Positions 21,209-30,961 of a stretch of 46,634 nucleotides of DNA are shown here, piece after piece (position 1 is the stretch's first letter; each line of letters opens with the position of its first letter). This DNA comes from Lentisphaeria bacterium (GTDB lineage Bacteria > Verrucomicrobiota > Lentisphaeria > Victivallales > UBA1829). A program made the position numbers and the translations under genes. Location: the NCBI GenBank assembly GCA_017524965.1, contig JAFXUM010000220.1, positions 1 to 46,634 on the forward strand. Direction: 5' to 3'. Under the pieces are notes generated by a model. That model ran no database searches and was not told the DNA's origin. It saw only the letters and a program-made list of their open reading frames with translations.

Positions 21209-22759
21209 ATGAACCACAGGCTCATCCTTTTCTTCATCTGCGTGATCTCCGCCGCAGTCGGCCTCATGGAAACCCTCTCCGGCATCGTCGGGTTCCTCTG
21301 CCACGATCCGGCGGGCGACGTCCGCGCGATCCTGATCTGCGCCGCCGTCACGCTTGTCGCCGGAGCCGCCGGCTGCGTCGCGTTCCGTCCGCGCACGGAA
21401 CAGCACCGCAAGGCCGGACTGCGCGAAGGCTACGCGGTCGCGGCGTTCGGATGGCTCGCCGCCTCGATCCTCGGCGGTCTGCCGTTCTTCTTCGTGGCCG
21501 GGATGCCGTGGCACGACGCTTTCTTCGAGTCCGTCTCCGGGTTTACCACGACTGGCGCGGCGCTGATCCATCCCGGATACGGCCTGACGAACGGGTCCGT
21601 GCTGCCGGACGGCGTGGAGAGCCTGTCGCGCGGCGTAGTCTTCTGGCGCGCGCTGGAATCATGGCTGGGCGGCATGGGGATCGTGGTGCTCGCGCTGGCG
21701 GTCCTGCCGATGTTCAACCGCGGCGGCCAGATGCTGTACAACGCCGAGACGCCCGGCCTGAAGTCGTCCGACACGCAGATCGCGCCGCGCATCACGTCCT
21801 CCGCGAAGATCCTGTGGATGATCTACCTCGGCATCACCGTCTGCGAGATTCTGCTGCTGAAATTCGCCGGAATGGACCTGTTCGAGGCCGTCTGCAACTC
21901 CTTCACGACGATCTCGACCGGCGGATTCTGCACGCGCCAGGACAGCATCGCGGCGTTCCACAGCACGCCGATCACCCTGATCGTCACCTTCTTCATGTTC
22001 ATTTCCGGCGTCAATTTCTACCTGCACGTGCGGCTTCTCTCCGGCAAGACGCTCTCGTACTTCCGCGACGAGGAATTCCGCGTATACGCCTCGATCCTCG
22101 CGGGCGTCAGCTGCATCATCGCGGTCGCCCTGCTGCTTCAGGGACAGGCGTACCGCGTCGGCCCGGAACAGGGCTTCGCCGGGTCCATGACCGTCGTCGG
22201 GCGTGCGTTCCGCGACGCGGCATTCCAGTCCGTCTCCATCATGACGTCCACCGGATTCGCGATCGGAGATTACTGCACGTGGCCGTCCGTCGCGGTCGCC
22301 CTGCTGCTCGGGATCTCCGTGATCGGCGGATGCGGCGGTTCGACCTCGGGCGGCCTCAAATGCGTCCGCGCGCTCCTTGTGTGGCGCCAGAGCCTCACCG
22401 AGGTCAAACACAACATCTTCCCGCAGCTCGTCACGGGCGTGTACCTGAACAACGTCCGGATGAAAGCGCCCGCCATCCAGAAAACCGTCGCATTCTTCGC
22501 GGCCTACATCGGCATCATCCTGGTGTTCGCGCTGCTGCTCCCCGCCGTCTGCCCGGAATGCACCTGGGAAACAGCTCTCTCGATCTCCATCACCAGCCTC
22601 AGCAACGTCGGTCCCGGCGCGGCGCAGATCGGCCCGGCGGCCAATTTCGACTGGCTCAATCCGGCGGCAAAGCTCCTGTCCGCGTTCGAAATGCTCATCG
22701 GCCGCCTCGAACTCTTCACGATCCTCGTGCTCTTCCTGCCGTCCTTCTGGCGCAAGTGA
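21209..22759 (+). CDS. trkH: Trk potassium uptake system membrane protein TrkH
   Basis: 516 aa, polytopic. It carries repeated selectivity-filter-like motifs (TTTGA, STGGF, TSTGF, SNVGPG) typical of TrkH/KtrB. Confidence 0.9.
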   Translation: MNHRLILFFICVISAAVGLMETLSGIVGFLCHDPAGDVRAILICAAVTLVAGAAGCVAFRPRTEQHRKAGLREGYAVAAFGWLAASILGGLPFFFVAGMPWHDAFFESVSGFTTTGAALIHPGYGLTNGSVLPDGVESLSRGVVFWRALESWLGGMGIVVLALAVLPMFNRGGQMLYNAETPGLKSSDTQIAPRITSSAKILWMIYLGITVCEILLLKFAGMDLFEAVCNSFTTISTGGFCTRQDSIAAFHSTPITLIVTFFMFISGVNFYLHVRLLSGKTLSYFRDEEFRVYASILAGVSCIIAVALLLQGQAYRVGPEQGFAGSMTVVGRAFRDAAFQSVSIMTSTGFAIGDYCTWPSVAVALLLGISVIGGCGGSTSGGLKCVRALLVWRQSLTEVKHNIFPQLVTGVYLNNVRMKAPAIQKTVAFFAAYIGIILVFALLLPAVCPECTWETALSISITSLSNVGPGAAQIGPAANFDWLNPAAKLLSAFEMLIGRLELFTILVLFLPSFWRK

Positions 22760-22826
22760 AGTCATTCCCTCCGGTCCGGCTGTCCGGCCGCGCCGCACGC
22801 CCCCGGAGCGCACGGGGAGCCGAAGT

Positions 22827-22857
22827 CCCGGAAAATCCGTTTTTTTCGGGTTTTTTT
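22827..22857 (+). terminator. Probable terminator after trkH
   Basis: cccg(g)aaaa ... ttttcggg hairpin followed by a T7 run. Confidence 0.5.
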
Positions 22858-22868
22858 GTGTTTTCCTC

Positions 22869-22897
22869 TTGTTTTTCTCCGGTTTTCCGGGTATAAT
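22869..22897 (+). promoter_or_regulatory. Sigma70-type promoter TTGTTT-N17-TATAAT for the receiver gene
   Basis: Hexamers at 22869-22874 and 22892-22897, preceded by a T-tract-rich region. Confidence 0.5.
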
Positions 22898-22934
22898 ATT
22901 GTATGTATTTTTTTCCCCGAAGGACCGACTGCCC

Positions 22935-23345
22935 ATGACTGAACCGGAAACATTGCCGAGAGGCACCGAAACGCTGCTGATCGTGGACGACCAGGAAACC
23001 GTATGGGATTTCCTGATCGAAGCGCTGCAGAACCTCGGATACTCCGTCCTCCTCGCCGAGAACGGAGAGGACGCCGTCTCCATCTACCGCGACAATCCCA
23101 GCCAGATCGACCTGGTCCTGCTCGACATGGTCATGCCGCGCCTCGGCGGACACGGCACGTTCTATCAGATCCGCGCCATCGACCCGGACGCGAAAATCCT
23201 GCTGTCCAGCGGATTCGTGCAGGAGGGCGCCGTGCAGGACCTCCTCGACAACGGCGCCGCCGGGTTCATCGCCAAGCCGCACCGTCTCCCGAAGCTCACG
23301 CGCGCCATCCGCGACGTCCTCGACGGCAAACCCGTCACGCTCTGA
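22935..23345 (+). CDS. Stand-alone CheY-like response regulator receiver domain
   Basis: The ATG at 22935 gives 136 aa. TLLIVDDQE, DLVLLDMVMP (phospho-acceptor Asp) and GFIAKP are present. There is no output domain. Confidence 0.85.
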   Translation: MTEPETLPRGTETLLIVDDQETVWDFLIEALQNLGYSVLLAENGEDAVSIYRDNPSQIDLVLLDMVMPRLGGHGTFYQIRAIDPDAKILLSSGFVQEGAVQDLLDNGAAGFIAKPHRLPKLTRAIRDVLDGKPVTL

Positions 23346-23422
23346 CACACCGCAAGCGGTGCTGAAGCAGTGCGCGGCTTCGCTCGCGCACGAAAAACCT
23401 CCACAATTTTGCGCGAATCGAC

Positions 23423-23441
23423 TGGAAAAAACGGAAAAACG
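23423..23441 (+). repeat. Phased A-tract motif TGGAAAAAACGGAAAAACG (copy 2 of 3)
   Basis: See 11072-11091. It lies 45 nt upstream of the TPR lipoprotein ATG. Confidence 0.85.
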
Positions 23442-23485
23442 GACTACTTTAAAAATAGAGTCTAAGAAAAGGAGATTCCACGCCG

Positions 23486-24244
23486 ATGAAATTCACGAAA
23501 CCGCTTCACATATTCTGTTTCGCCGCAGTCTGTGCGGCATTTCTGCTGACCGCCTGCGGACCGGAACCGACCGCCGACGAATGGATGCGCAGGTCCCTGG
23601 CCTCCGCGAAGGAGGCGAAATGGAGCCGCGCGCTCAGCCAGGCCGAAAACGCCGTGGAGAAAGCCCCCGGCGACACGCTCGCGAACGTCCTGTACGCCAT
23701 CGCGCTCGAAAACAACGACCGCCGCGATGAAGCGCTGAACGTCGCAGTCCGCGCGGGCGGCGATTCCTCATGCTTCATCGCGCAGTACACGCTCGGACGG
23801 CTTTATGTCCGCGAACAGAAATACGACAGCAGCATCAAGCCGCTGACCCGCGCCCTGGAGCTCCGCCCCGACGACGCGAACACCCTGATCCTGCTCGCGC
23901 GCGCCAAGCTGCACCTGAACACCGAGGACGCGCTGAACCTCACCAAACGGCTGCTCGCCCTCCCCCAGTTCAAGGATTCGCCCGTGGTCTACAACGAGCT
24001 CGGCGTCATCCAGGTCCTGAAGGGCGAACCGAAGAAATCGACCGCGCTCTTCCTGAAGGCGCTCTCCCTCGACGCCGACAATCCGCACCTGAATCTGAAC
24101 GCCGCCATCCTCTACGACTATTTCCTGGGCAACCAGATGATGGCGAACAAATACTACAACTCCTTCCTGCGGCTTTCGGCCAACCGCCGTGAACTCCTCG
24201 ACGAATACAAGGAAGTTCAGACGCGCCTGGAAATCATCCGCTGA
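23486..24244 (+). CDS. TPR-repeat lipoprotein
   Basis: SD aaaaggaga. The signal plus lipobox is FAAVCAAFLLTAC. It is followed by several 34-aa TPR-like units (e.g. YTLGRLYVREQKYDSSIKPLTRALELRPDD). Confidence 0.8.
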   Translation: MKFTKPLHIFCFAAVCAAFLLTACGPEPTADEWMRRSLASAKEAKWSRALSQAENAVEKAPGDTLANVLYAIALENNDRRDEALNVAVRAGGDSSCFIAQYTLGRLYVREQKYDSSIKPLTRALELRPDDANTLILLARAKLHLNTEDALNLTKRLLALPQFKDSPVVYNELGVIQVLKGEPKKSTALFLKALSLDADNPHLNLNAAILYDYFLGNQMMANKYYNSFLRLSANRRELLDEYKEVQTRLEIIR

Positions 24245-24253
24245 TCCACGGCC

Positions 24254-26203
24254 ATGCCCCGCTATATCCCGGACGACGTACTGGAACAGATCCGGCTGCG
24301 CGCCGACATCGTCGACGTCGTGCAGTCGTACGTCCCCACGCTCAAAAAAAGCGGCCCGTCGTCCTGGAAAGCGTGCTGCCCGTTCCACCACGAGAAGACC
24401 CCCTCGTTCACGGTCAACCCGGACCGCCAGTATTTCAAGTGTTTCGGCTGCGGCAAGGGCGGCGACGTCTTCAAATTCGTCATGGAGCTGGAAAATCTCG
24501 ATTTCTCCTCGGCAGCCGAACACCTCGCCCACAAATACGGCATCATCATCCCGGAGACGCCCCGGCACGGAAGCAGGCGCGAAAACCTCGACGGCCAGCC
24601 CGAATACGGCACGCGCGAACGACTCTGCACGCTGCATGAGATGCTCGCGGACTTCTACAGGCGCTATCTTCTCGAACACCCGGACGGGCCGGTCGCAAAG
24701 TATTTCCGCACGCGCGGCATCCCGGACGACGTCGCGCACAAATTCCGCATCGGCGCTTCGCCGGACAGCTGGGACGCCGCCATTCAGTTCGCGCACAAGG
24801 CGGGGTTCGTCGACGACGAACTGCGCAAATCCGGCATCGTCTCCAGCAAGGACGAAAACCAGTCGCACATCTACGACCGCTTCCGCAACCGACTGATGTT
24901 CCCGATCTGGAACGAATCCGGACGCATCGTCGGGTTCAGCGCGCGCTCCGTCGAGGCCGATCCGCAGGGCTGGAAATACGTGAACACGCCCGACACCGAC
25001 ATCTTCCACAAGGGCCGCCTGCTCTACGCACTGAATTTCGCGCGCACCTCCATCCCGAAGGCCGGCGCCGTCGTCCTCTGCGAGGGCCAGCTCGACGCCA
25101 TCGCCATGCACCGCGCGGGCGTCACGCACGCCGTCGCGCCCCAGGGCACCGCGTTCACCCCCGACCAGGCCGCCATCCTCAAACGCCACACCTCGACCGC
25201 CATCCTCGCCACCGACAACGACAACGCCGGGCGCGAGGCGGTCTTCAAGGACGCCGCCATCCTCCTGCCGCTCGGGTTCAACGTGAAAGTCGTGCGCTAC
25301 CCCGGCGCGAAGGACGCCGACGAGACGCTTTCCAAGTACGGAGCCGACGCCCTCGCCGGAGCCGTCCGCGACGCCAGAGACTTCTTCGAGTTCGCGCTCG
25401 AACACGCCCTGTCGCAGGTCGATCCCTCCACGCCCGCCGGACGCGCCGCCGCCGCGAACGACGTCATCTACTGGATGATCCAGCTCGAAAACGAGGTCAC
25501 GCGCGACGAGTATTTCAAATGGCTCGCCGATAAACTCGATGTCCCGCTCACATCCGTTCAGAAGGTCGCCGAACGCCGCCTCTTCGACGGCGCGCGGCAT
25601 CCGGCGAACACGGTACGGCGGCAGGCCAACGCGGTCCCGCCCCCGAAACCGCGCAATACCGCCCTCGAAAACGCCGTGTTCGAGCTGCTTGTGCTGATGC
25701 TGGACTCGGAGGAATACGCCCGGAAGGCGGCCGACGACCTGCCCGAAGGCGCCCTCGGCGATTCCGTCCCCGGCAGAGCCGCCGAAGCCCTGCTCCTGGG
25801 CACGGCAAACGGAGAATGGAAGGACGCCCCGTCGTCCATCCTGACCTCGCTCGAAATGGAGGGCGCGGACGTCTCGAAGCTCGTCGAAGCCATCAGCCTC
25901 GCGGCGGAACACTCCGCCGAACGCGCCGCCATCGCGGCCGCGGGAGAGGCGGGAGAAATCGCGCCGCCGCCCTCCTGCCAGGCCGCCGATCCCGACCTCC
26001 ATAAAAAGTTCTTCCGCAACACCTACAATTCGAGCGTGCGTTTCATCCTGACCGACTATTACCAGCGGCGGCGCGCCGAACTGCACGCGAAGGCAAAAGT
26101 CCTTCCCCTGGACGCCCCGGAACGCAAAGCGCTGTTCGACGAGATCAAAGAAATCTCCTCCGCACTTATCCAGCTCCCGGCCCGCTTCCGCGTCGTCATC
26201 TGA
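24254..26203 (+). CDS. dnaG: DNA primase
   Basis: 649 aa. The zinc finger is CPFHHEKTPSFTVNPDRQYFKCFGCGKGGDVFKFVM. RFRNRLMFPI and the TOPRIM block VVLCEGQLDAIAM...TDNDNAGREA are present. Confidence 0.95.
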   Translation: MPRYIPDDVLEQIRLRADIVDVVQSYVPTLKKSGPSSWKACCPFHHEKTPSFTVNPDRQYFKCFGCGKGGDVFKFVMELENLDFSSAAEHLAHKYGIIIPETPRHGSRRENLDGQPEYGTRERLCTLHEMLADFYRRYLLEHPDGPVAKYFRTRGIPDDVAHKFRIGASPDSWDAAIQFAHKAGFVDDELRKSGIVSSKDENQSHIYDRFRNRLMFPIWNESGRIVGFSARSVEADPQGWKYVNTPDTDIFHKGRLLYALNFARTSIPKAGAVVLCEGQLDAIAMHRAGVTHAVAPQGTAFTPDQAAILKRHTSTAILATDNDNAGREAVFKDAAILLPLGFNVKVVRYPGAKDADETLSKYGADALAGAVRDARDFFEFALEHALSQVDPSTPAGRAAAANDVIYWMIQLENEVTRDEYFKWLADKLDVPLTSVQKVAERRLFDGARHPANTVRRQANAVPPPKPRNTALENAVFELLVLMLDSEEYARKAADDLPEGALGDSVPGRAAEALLLGTANGEWKDAPSSILTSLEMEGADVSKLVEAISLAAEHSAERAAIAAAGEAGEIAPPPSCQAADPDLHKKFFRNTYNSSVRFILTDYYQRRRAELHAKAKVLPLDAPERKALFDEIKEISSALIQLPARFRVVI

Positions 26204-26220
26204 ACGGGATCATCCGTTTT

Positions 26221-28767
26221 TCAGCGGAATTTCCGCAGGCGCAGGGCGTTCGTCACCACGAAGAGCGAACTGCACGCCATCGCCGCCGTCCCGAGCATGG
26301 GATGCAGGCGCCACCCGAAGAACGGATACAGCGCGCCCGCCGCGACCGGGATCCCCAGCACGTTGTAGAAGAACGCCCAGAAGAGGTTCAGGCGGATGTT
26401 GCGCATGACGGCGCGGCTCAGGCGGACGGCCGTCACCACGTCGCGCAGGTCGCCGCGCAGCAGCACCACGTCGGCGGTCTCCATCGCGATGTCCGTGCCG
26501 CCGCCGATGGCGATCCCGACGTCCGCCCGTGCGAGCGCGGCCGCGTCGTTGATGCCGTCGCCGACCATCGCCACCTTCGCACCGTCCTGCTGAAGCTCGC
26601 GGATGCACGCCTCCTTGCCGTCCGGCAGGACGCCCGCGATCACGCGGTCGATCCGCAGCTCGGACGCGGCGGCTTTCGCCGAGACCTCGGTGTCTCCGGT
26701 CAGCAGCACGGTCTTCAAGCCGAGTTCATGGAGCGCGCGCAGGGCGTCCGCGCTGCCGTCCTTCACAGTGTCGCGGAGCGCCATGACGGCGCGGAGTCGT
26801 TTCGCGTCGCGGTCCGCCATGAAGAGCAGGCTGTGGCCGCCGGATTCCAGTTCGCGGATCAGGGGTTCCTGCGCGCTCAGCGCGATCCCCTCGCGTTCCA
26901 TCAGACGGGCGTTGCCGCAGACGTAGCGGACGCCGCCGACCGTGCCGGACACGCCCATGCCGGGCGTCGCGGAGAAATTCTCCACGCTCGCGTCCGACGC
27001 GTTCACGCCGTGTTCCTGCGCGTACTGCACGACGGCGCGTGCGAAGGGATGTTCCGACTTCGATTCGAGCGGCGCGGCGATCTTCAGAAATTCTTCTTCC
27101 CCTGCCCCGGATTTCGAACCGTCCGGGTTCAGCGTCACCACACGGGTCACGCGGTGGCGTCCCTCGGTCACGGTCCCGGTCTTGTCCAACACGATGGTTC
27201 TGACGGCGTGCAGTTCCTCCAGCGCGGCGGCGTTCTTGAACAGGATGCCGTACTTGGAGCCGACGCCCGTGCCGACCATGATCGCGATCGGCGTGGCGAG
27301 TCCGAGCGCGCACGGACAGCTGATGACCATCACGGCGATCGCGGTCGTCAGCGAGAAATACACGGTCTGGTGTTCCACGAACAGCCAGAAGCAGCCCGCC
27401 GCGAGCGCCGCGACCAGCACGGCCGGCACGAAAACGCCGCTCACGCGGTCCGCGAAACGCGAGATCGGCGCGCTGGAGTTCGACGCGCTCTCCACCAGCT
27501 GGATGATGCGCGACAGCGTGGAGTCGCGCCCGACGCGGTCCGCGCGGAACCGGAACGAACCGTTCACGTTCATTGTCCCGCTCACCACACGGTCGCCCGG
27601 CTCCTTGCCCGCCGGGACGCTCTCCCCGGTCACGCTCGACTGGTCCACGGTGCCGTTCCCGCTCACGACCACGCCGTCCGCCGGGATCGACGAGCCGGGC
27701 CGGATCACCACGACGTCGCCGACCGCGAGCTCGTCCGCCGGGATCTCGACTTCTTTTTCGCCCCGGACCACGACCGCGGTCTTCGGCGACAGGTTCATCA
27801 GGCGGGACACGGCGTCCGTCGTGCGGCGTTTCGCCCGCGCCTCCAGGTATTTCCCGAAGGTCACGAGCACCAGGATCATGCCCGACGTCTCGAAGTACAG
27901 ATTGCCCGCCGCCTCGGTCACGCGCGAGGCGTCCCCCTGCATCTTCCCGAGCAGCATCTCCCCGGTCATCACGAGGCTGTACAGCACGCTCGCGCCGGAC
28001 CCGAGCATGATGAGCGAATCCATGTTCGGCGACAGCTTCAGGAACCGCCGCGCGCCGCTGACGAAATACACGCGGTTCACGTACAGCAGCGGGATCACGA
28101 GAACGAGCTGGAGCCAGGCGGCGTCGAGCGGATAATCTTTCAGCCATCCGTGCATGGACGAGAACGCGACGTACATGAGCGGAAGCATCAGGATCGCCGA
28201 CCAGAGGAACTGGCGGAAGAGTTCGCGGCTGGGGTCGGGGATCGGCGCCGGCGATTTCTTCGGGGCGGATTTCGCCTGCCCGGCCGTTTTCCGTTCGGAA
28301 GCCGCCTCCGGCGCGGGCGCTTCTCCCACGATTTCCGCCGTAAACCCGGCATCTTTCACTGCATCAATGATCTTCTGCGGCATGTCCGGCGCATTGCCGC
28401 ATTTCACGGTCATGCGCCCGGTCACAAGATTGACCTCGGCCTCCCGCACGCCGGAGACCGCTTTCACGGCCTTCGCCACGTGCGCCTGGCAGGACGCGCA
28501 GCGCATCCCGCCCACCTGGAACACATGTTCAACTTCGGCGACAGGCGCGGGCGTTTCCTCCACGATTTCCGCCGTAAAACCGGCGTTCTTCACCGCGTCG
28601 ACGATCTTCTGCGGCATATCCGGCGCGTCGTCCGTCTCCACGGTCATGCGCCCGGTGATCAGATTCACCTCGACATTCCGCACGCCGGAGACCGCTTTCA
28701 CGGCCTTCGCCACGTGCGCCTGGCAGGACGCGCACCGCATCCCGCCCACCTGAAACAAATGTCTCAT
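26221..28767 (-). CDS. copA: Copper-translocating P1B-type ATPase with two N-terminal HMA domains
   Basis: 848 aa. It has two GMRCASC motifs, the TM CPC motif (SCPCALGLATP), DKTGT and GDGINDAAAL. SD ggagg. Confidence 0.93.
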   Translation of the reverse strand: MRHLFQVGGMRCASCQAHVAKAVKAVSGVRNVEVNLITGRMTVETDDAPDMPQKIVDAVKNAGFTAEIVEETPAPVAEVEHVFQVGGMRCASCQAHVAKAVKAVSGVREAEVNLVTGRMTVKCGNAPDMPQKIIDAVKDAGFTAEIVGEAPAPEAASERKTAGQAKSAPKKSPAPIPDPSRELFRQFLWSAILMLPLMYVAFSSMHGWLKDYPLDAAWLQLVLVIPLLYVNRVYFVSGARRFLKLSPNMDSLIMLGSGASVLYSLVMTGEMLLGKMQGDASRVTEAAGNLYFETSGMILVLVTFGKYLEARAKRRTTDAVSRLMNLSPKTAVVVRGEKEVEIPADELAVGDVVVIRPGSSIPADGVVVSGNGTVDQSSVTGESVPAGKEPGDRVVSGTMNVNGSFRFRADRVGRDSTLSRIIQLVESASNSSAPISRFADRVSGVFVPAVLVAALAAGCFWLFVEHQTVYFSLTTAIAVMVISCPCALGLATPIAIMVGTGVGSKYGILFKNAAALEELHAVRTIVLDKTGTVTEGRHRVTRVVTLNPDGSKSGAGEEEFLKIAAPLESKSEHPFARAVVQYAQEHGVNASDASVENFSATPGMGVSGTVGGVRYVCGNARLMEREGIALSAQEPLIRELESGGHSLLFMADRDAKRLRAVMALRDTVKDGSADALRALHELGLKTVLLTGDTEVSAKAAASELRIDRVIAGVLPDGKEACIRELQQDGAKVAMVGDGINDAAALARADVGIAIGGGTDIAMETADVVLLRGDLRDVVTAVRLSRAVMRNIRLNLFWAFFYNVLGIPVAAGALYPFFGWRLHPMLGTAAMACSSLFVVTNALRLRKFR
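28294..28761. repeat. Tandem 234-nt duplication encoding the two HMA domains of CopA
   Basis: Protein residues 3-80 and 81-158 are nearly identical. The DNA stretches ccgcacgccggagaccgctttcacggccttcgccacgtgcgcctggcaggacgcgca match at ~28445 and ~28679. Confidence 0.85.
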
Positions 28768-28797
28768 CGTTCAACCTCCATTTTTATCAAAACGCTG

Positions 28798-30936
28798 TCA
28801 TATCGGAATTGTCATCGTCGTCGCGGATTCGGGCGAACCCGCCATCGGGGAATGCGTCAGTTCGGCGAACGCGGCGGCCTGATCCTCGCTGCCGATCGCG
28901 GCGATCAGGTCGCCCGCCTGAAGCACGGTATCCGGACGCGGATTCGCGTCGACTCTGCCGCGGTGGATGATGCCCACGATCGACATGCCGGTCCGGGCGC
29001 GGATATCCGATTCCTCAATGGACCGCCCCACCAGCGGGCTGTCATACTGGATCTGCGTCCACTGAAGCGCGATCAGGCCGTTGAACGCGCGGATCTTGTC
29101 GGAAAGCGCGAACGCCGGACTGTCTTCGAGCATGGGCTTGTAGCGGCTGGCGCGGACGGAATCCAGGTAGTTCTGGATGCGCGCCTCGGAAATGTCGTTC
29201 AGCACGAGGATGCGCCGGGTCAGCTCCAGCGACACCTCGAAATGCGACAGGATGATCTCGTCGATGTTCTCCGAGGAAAGACGTTTTTCGGTTTCGGGCG
29301 AAGCCGCGCACATGACGATGCGGATGTCCGGGTTGGCTTTGCGCGCAAGCTCGATGACGGCCAGGCTCTCCTCCAGTTTCTCGATCATCGGCGCCAGGAC
29401 TTTCGCGTCTTTCACCCGGGCCGCGGCCTGGATGATGTCGCTCATGGGGTCGCCGTAGATCACGTTCAGCCCCTCGGCTCGCGCCTCGCGGTACAGGTCG
29501 AAGGACGGCTCGACGATCACGTATTTCAGCTTCAGGCGGATCAGCACGTGCGCGATCACGCGCGCGATGCGGCCGCCGCCGACCAGCACCATGTGGTCTT
29601 CCAGGTCGGGCTGCGGCAGCACGATATTGCTGCTCCGGAGATTCCGCCAGACGGTCCGCCGGAGCAAAGAATAAACGGGAGCCGTGAGGTTGTTGACGAT
29701 CGGTCCGGCGATCATGGAGCAGACGACCACGCAGAGGATCAGCGAGTAGAGTTCGGACGTGATGAAACTGTCCTGCAGGCCGGTCCCGATCACCACGAAC
29801 GCGATCTCCGAGGTCGGAAACATCCCGAAGAACATCGCCACCGGGATCACGTTGCGGTACTTGAAGATCCATGTGACGGCGGCGAGGAATGTCGTGCGTG
29901 CGAGTCCGGTCAGGACGACCAGCGCGGCCACGAGCAGCCAGTGCGCGCCCAGATACCGCACGTCGAGCATCATCCCGATGGAGACGAAGAACAGCATGGC
30001 GAAGAAGTCGCGCACCGGGGACAGCCCGGACAGCGCCTTCTTCCCGTACGCGCTGTCACTCAGCACGATACCCGCCAGGAACGCGCCGAACGAGAAGGAC
30101 ACCTGCATGACCACGGAGATCGCGCCGGACACCAGCGCGATGCCGATGATGGACAGCAGAAACAGTTCCTTCGACTCCAGACGCGCCGCGTGTTCCGTGA
30201 GCTTCGGCAGGGTGCGCGCGCCGACCGTCAGCATCAGCACCATGAACGCCGTGCTAAGCAGAAGCGGCAACCAGGAGGAGAAACCGCCGCCGGACGACGA
30301 CATCGCGCCGAGCCGGCAGACCAGCAGCATCAGCGGCATCACGGTCAGGTCCTGCACGATGGAGACGCCGATCATGACGCGTCCGGAAAGCGTGTTTTCG
30401 AAGCCCTTGCTGGAGAGCGTCTTCAGGACGACCGCGGTACTGGTGGAGACGAAGCAGATGCCGAAGAGGAACAGCGAGACGTTCGAGCCGAACAGCGGGA
30501 TATGCGTTTCCCCGGAGAAATTGATGTACGGATCGCGGCTCAGCAGCCACGCGATCCCGGCCCCGGCCAGAAACGTGAAAACGACCTGCGCCAGCGCGCC
30601 GAAGACCGCGACCTTGAAAACCGGGCGGATGTCCTTTTTGGAAAACTCCAGCCCCATGGAGAACAGAAGCAGCGCCACGCCGATGTTCGCCAGCGAGGTC
30701 AGGGCGGTGTTCGCGACGTCGCCGAATCCGGCCTTGAACAGGACGCCGACCAGGACGCCGGCGAGGATGTAGCCCAGGATCAGCGGCTGTTTCAGCCGTT
30801 TCGCCACGACGCCGCCGATCAGGCCGGTGACCACGACCAGGAGCAGCGCGGTCACGATCGCCCCGTCGTCCGTCGCGCTCATGCTGCCGGTCAAATCCAG
30901 AAACCATGTCCGGACCTGAATCAGATAGTCTTTCAT
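28798..30936 (-). CDS. CPA2-family monovalent cation:proton antiporter with C-terminal RCK (TrkA-N/TrkA-C) domains (Kef/YbaL-like)
   Basis: 712 aa. The N-terminal ~400 aa are polytopic (Na+/H+ exchanger-like). Then come MVLVGGGRIARVIAH (Rossmann) and the TrkA-C-like SPLVGRSIEESDIRARTGMSIVGIIHRG. Confidence 0.85.
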   Translation of the reverse strand: MKDYLIQVRTWFLDLTGSMSATDDGAIVTALLLVVVTGLIGGVVAKRLKQPLILGYILAGVLVGVLFKAGFGDVANTALTSLANIGVALLLFSMGLEFSKKDIRPVFKVAVFGALAQVVFTFLAGAGIAWLLSRDPYINFSGETHIPLFGSNVSLFLFGICFVSTSTAVVLKTLSSKGFENTLSGRVMIGVSIVQDLTVMPLMLLVCRLGAMSSSGGGFSSWLPLLLSTAFMVLMLTVGARTLPKLTEHAARLESKELFLLSIIGIALVSGAISVVMQVSFSFGAFLAGIVLSDSAYGKKALSGLSPVRDFFAMLFFVSIGMMLDVRYLGAHWLLVAALVVLTGLARTTFLAAVTWIFKYRNVIPVAMFFGMFPTSEIAFVVIGTGLQDSFITSELYSLILCVVVCSMIAGPIVNNLTAPVYSLLRRTVWRNLRSSNIVLPQPDLEDHMVLVGGGRIARVIAHVLIRLKLKYVIVEPSFDLYREARAEGLNVIYGDPMSDIIQAAARVKDAKVLAPMIEKLEESLAVIELARKANPDIRIVMCAASPETEKRLSSENIDEIILSHFEVSLELTRRILVLNDISEARIQNYLDSVRASRYKPMLEDSPAFALSDKIRAFNGLIALQWTQIQYDSPLVGRSIEESDIRARTGMSIVGIIHRGRVDANPRPDTVLQAGDLIAAIGSEDQAAAFAELTHSPMAGSPESATTMTIPI

Positions 30937-30961
30937 CCGTCGGCCTCCCTCTCCCGGGCAC

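Noticed and set aside
19748-22896. 607-aa minus-strand ORF (19748-21571) and 937-aa plus-strand ORF (20083-22896) over trkA/trkH
   Set aside because: Out of frame with or antisense to trkA/trkH, which have clear Rossmann and TrkH pore-loop motifs. The translations are Arg/Pro/Gly-rich.
23768-26086. 772-aa minus-strand ORF opposite the TPR lipoprotein gene and dnaG
   Set aside because: Antisense to dnaG (zinc finger and TOPRIM motifs are present on the plus strand). It has no motifs and high-GC antisense composition.
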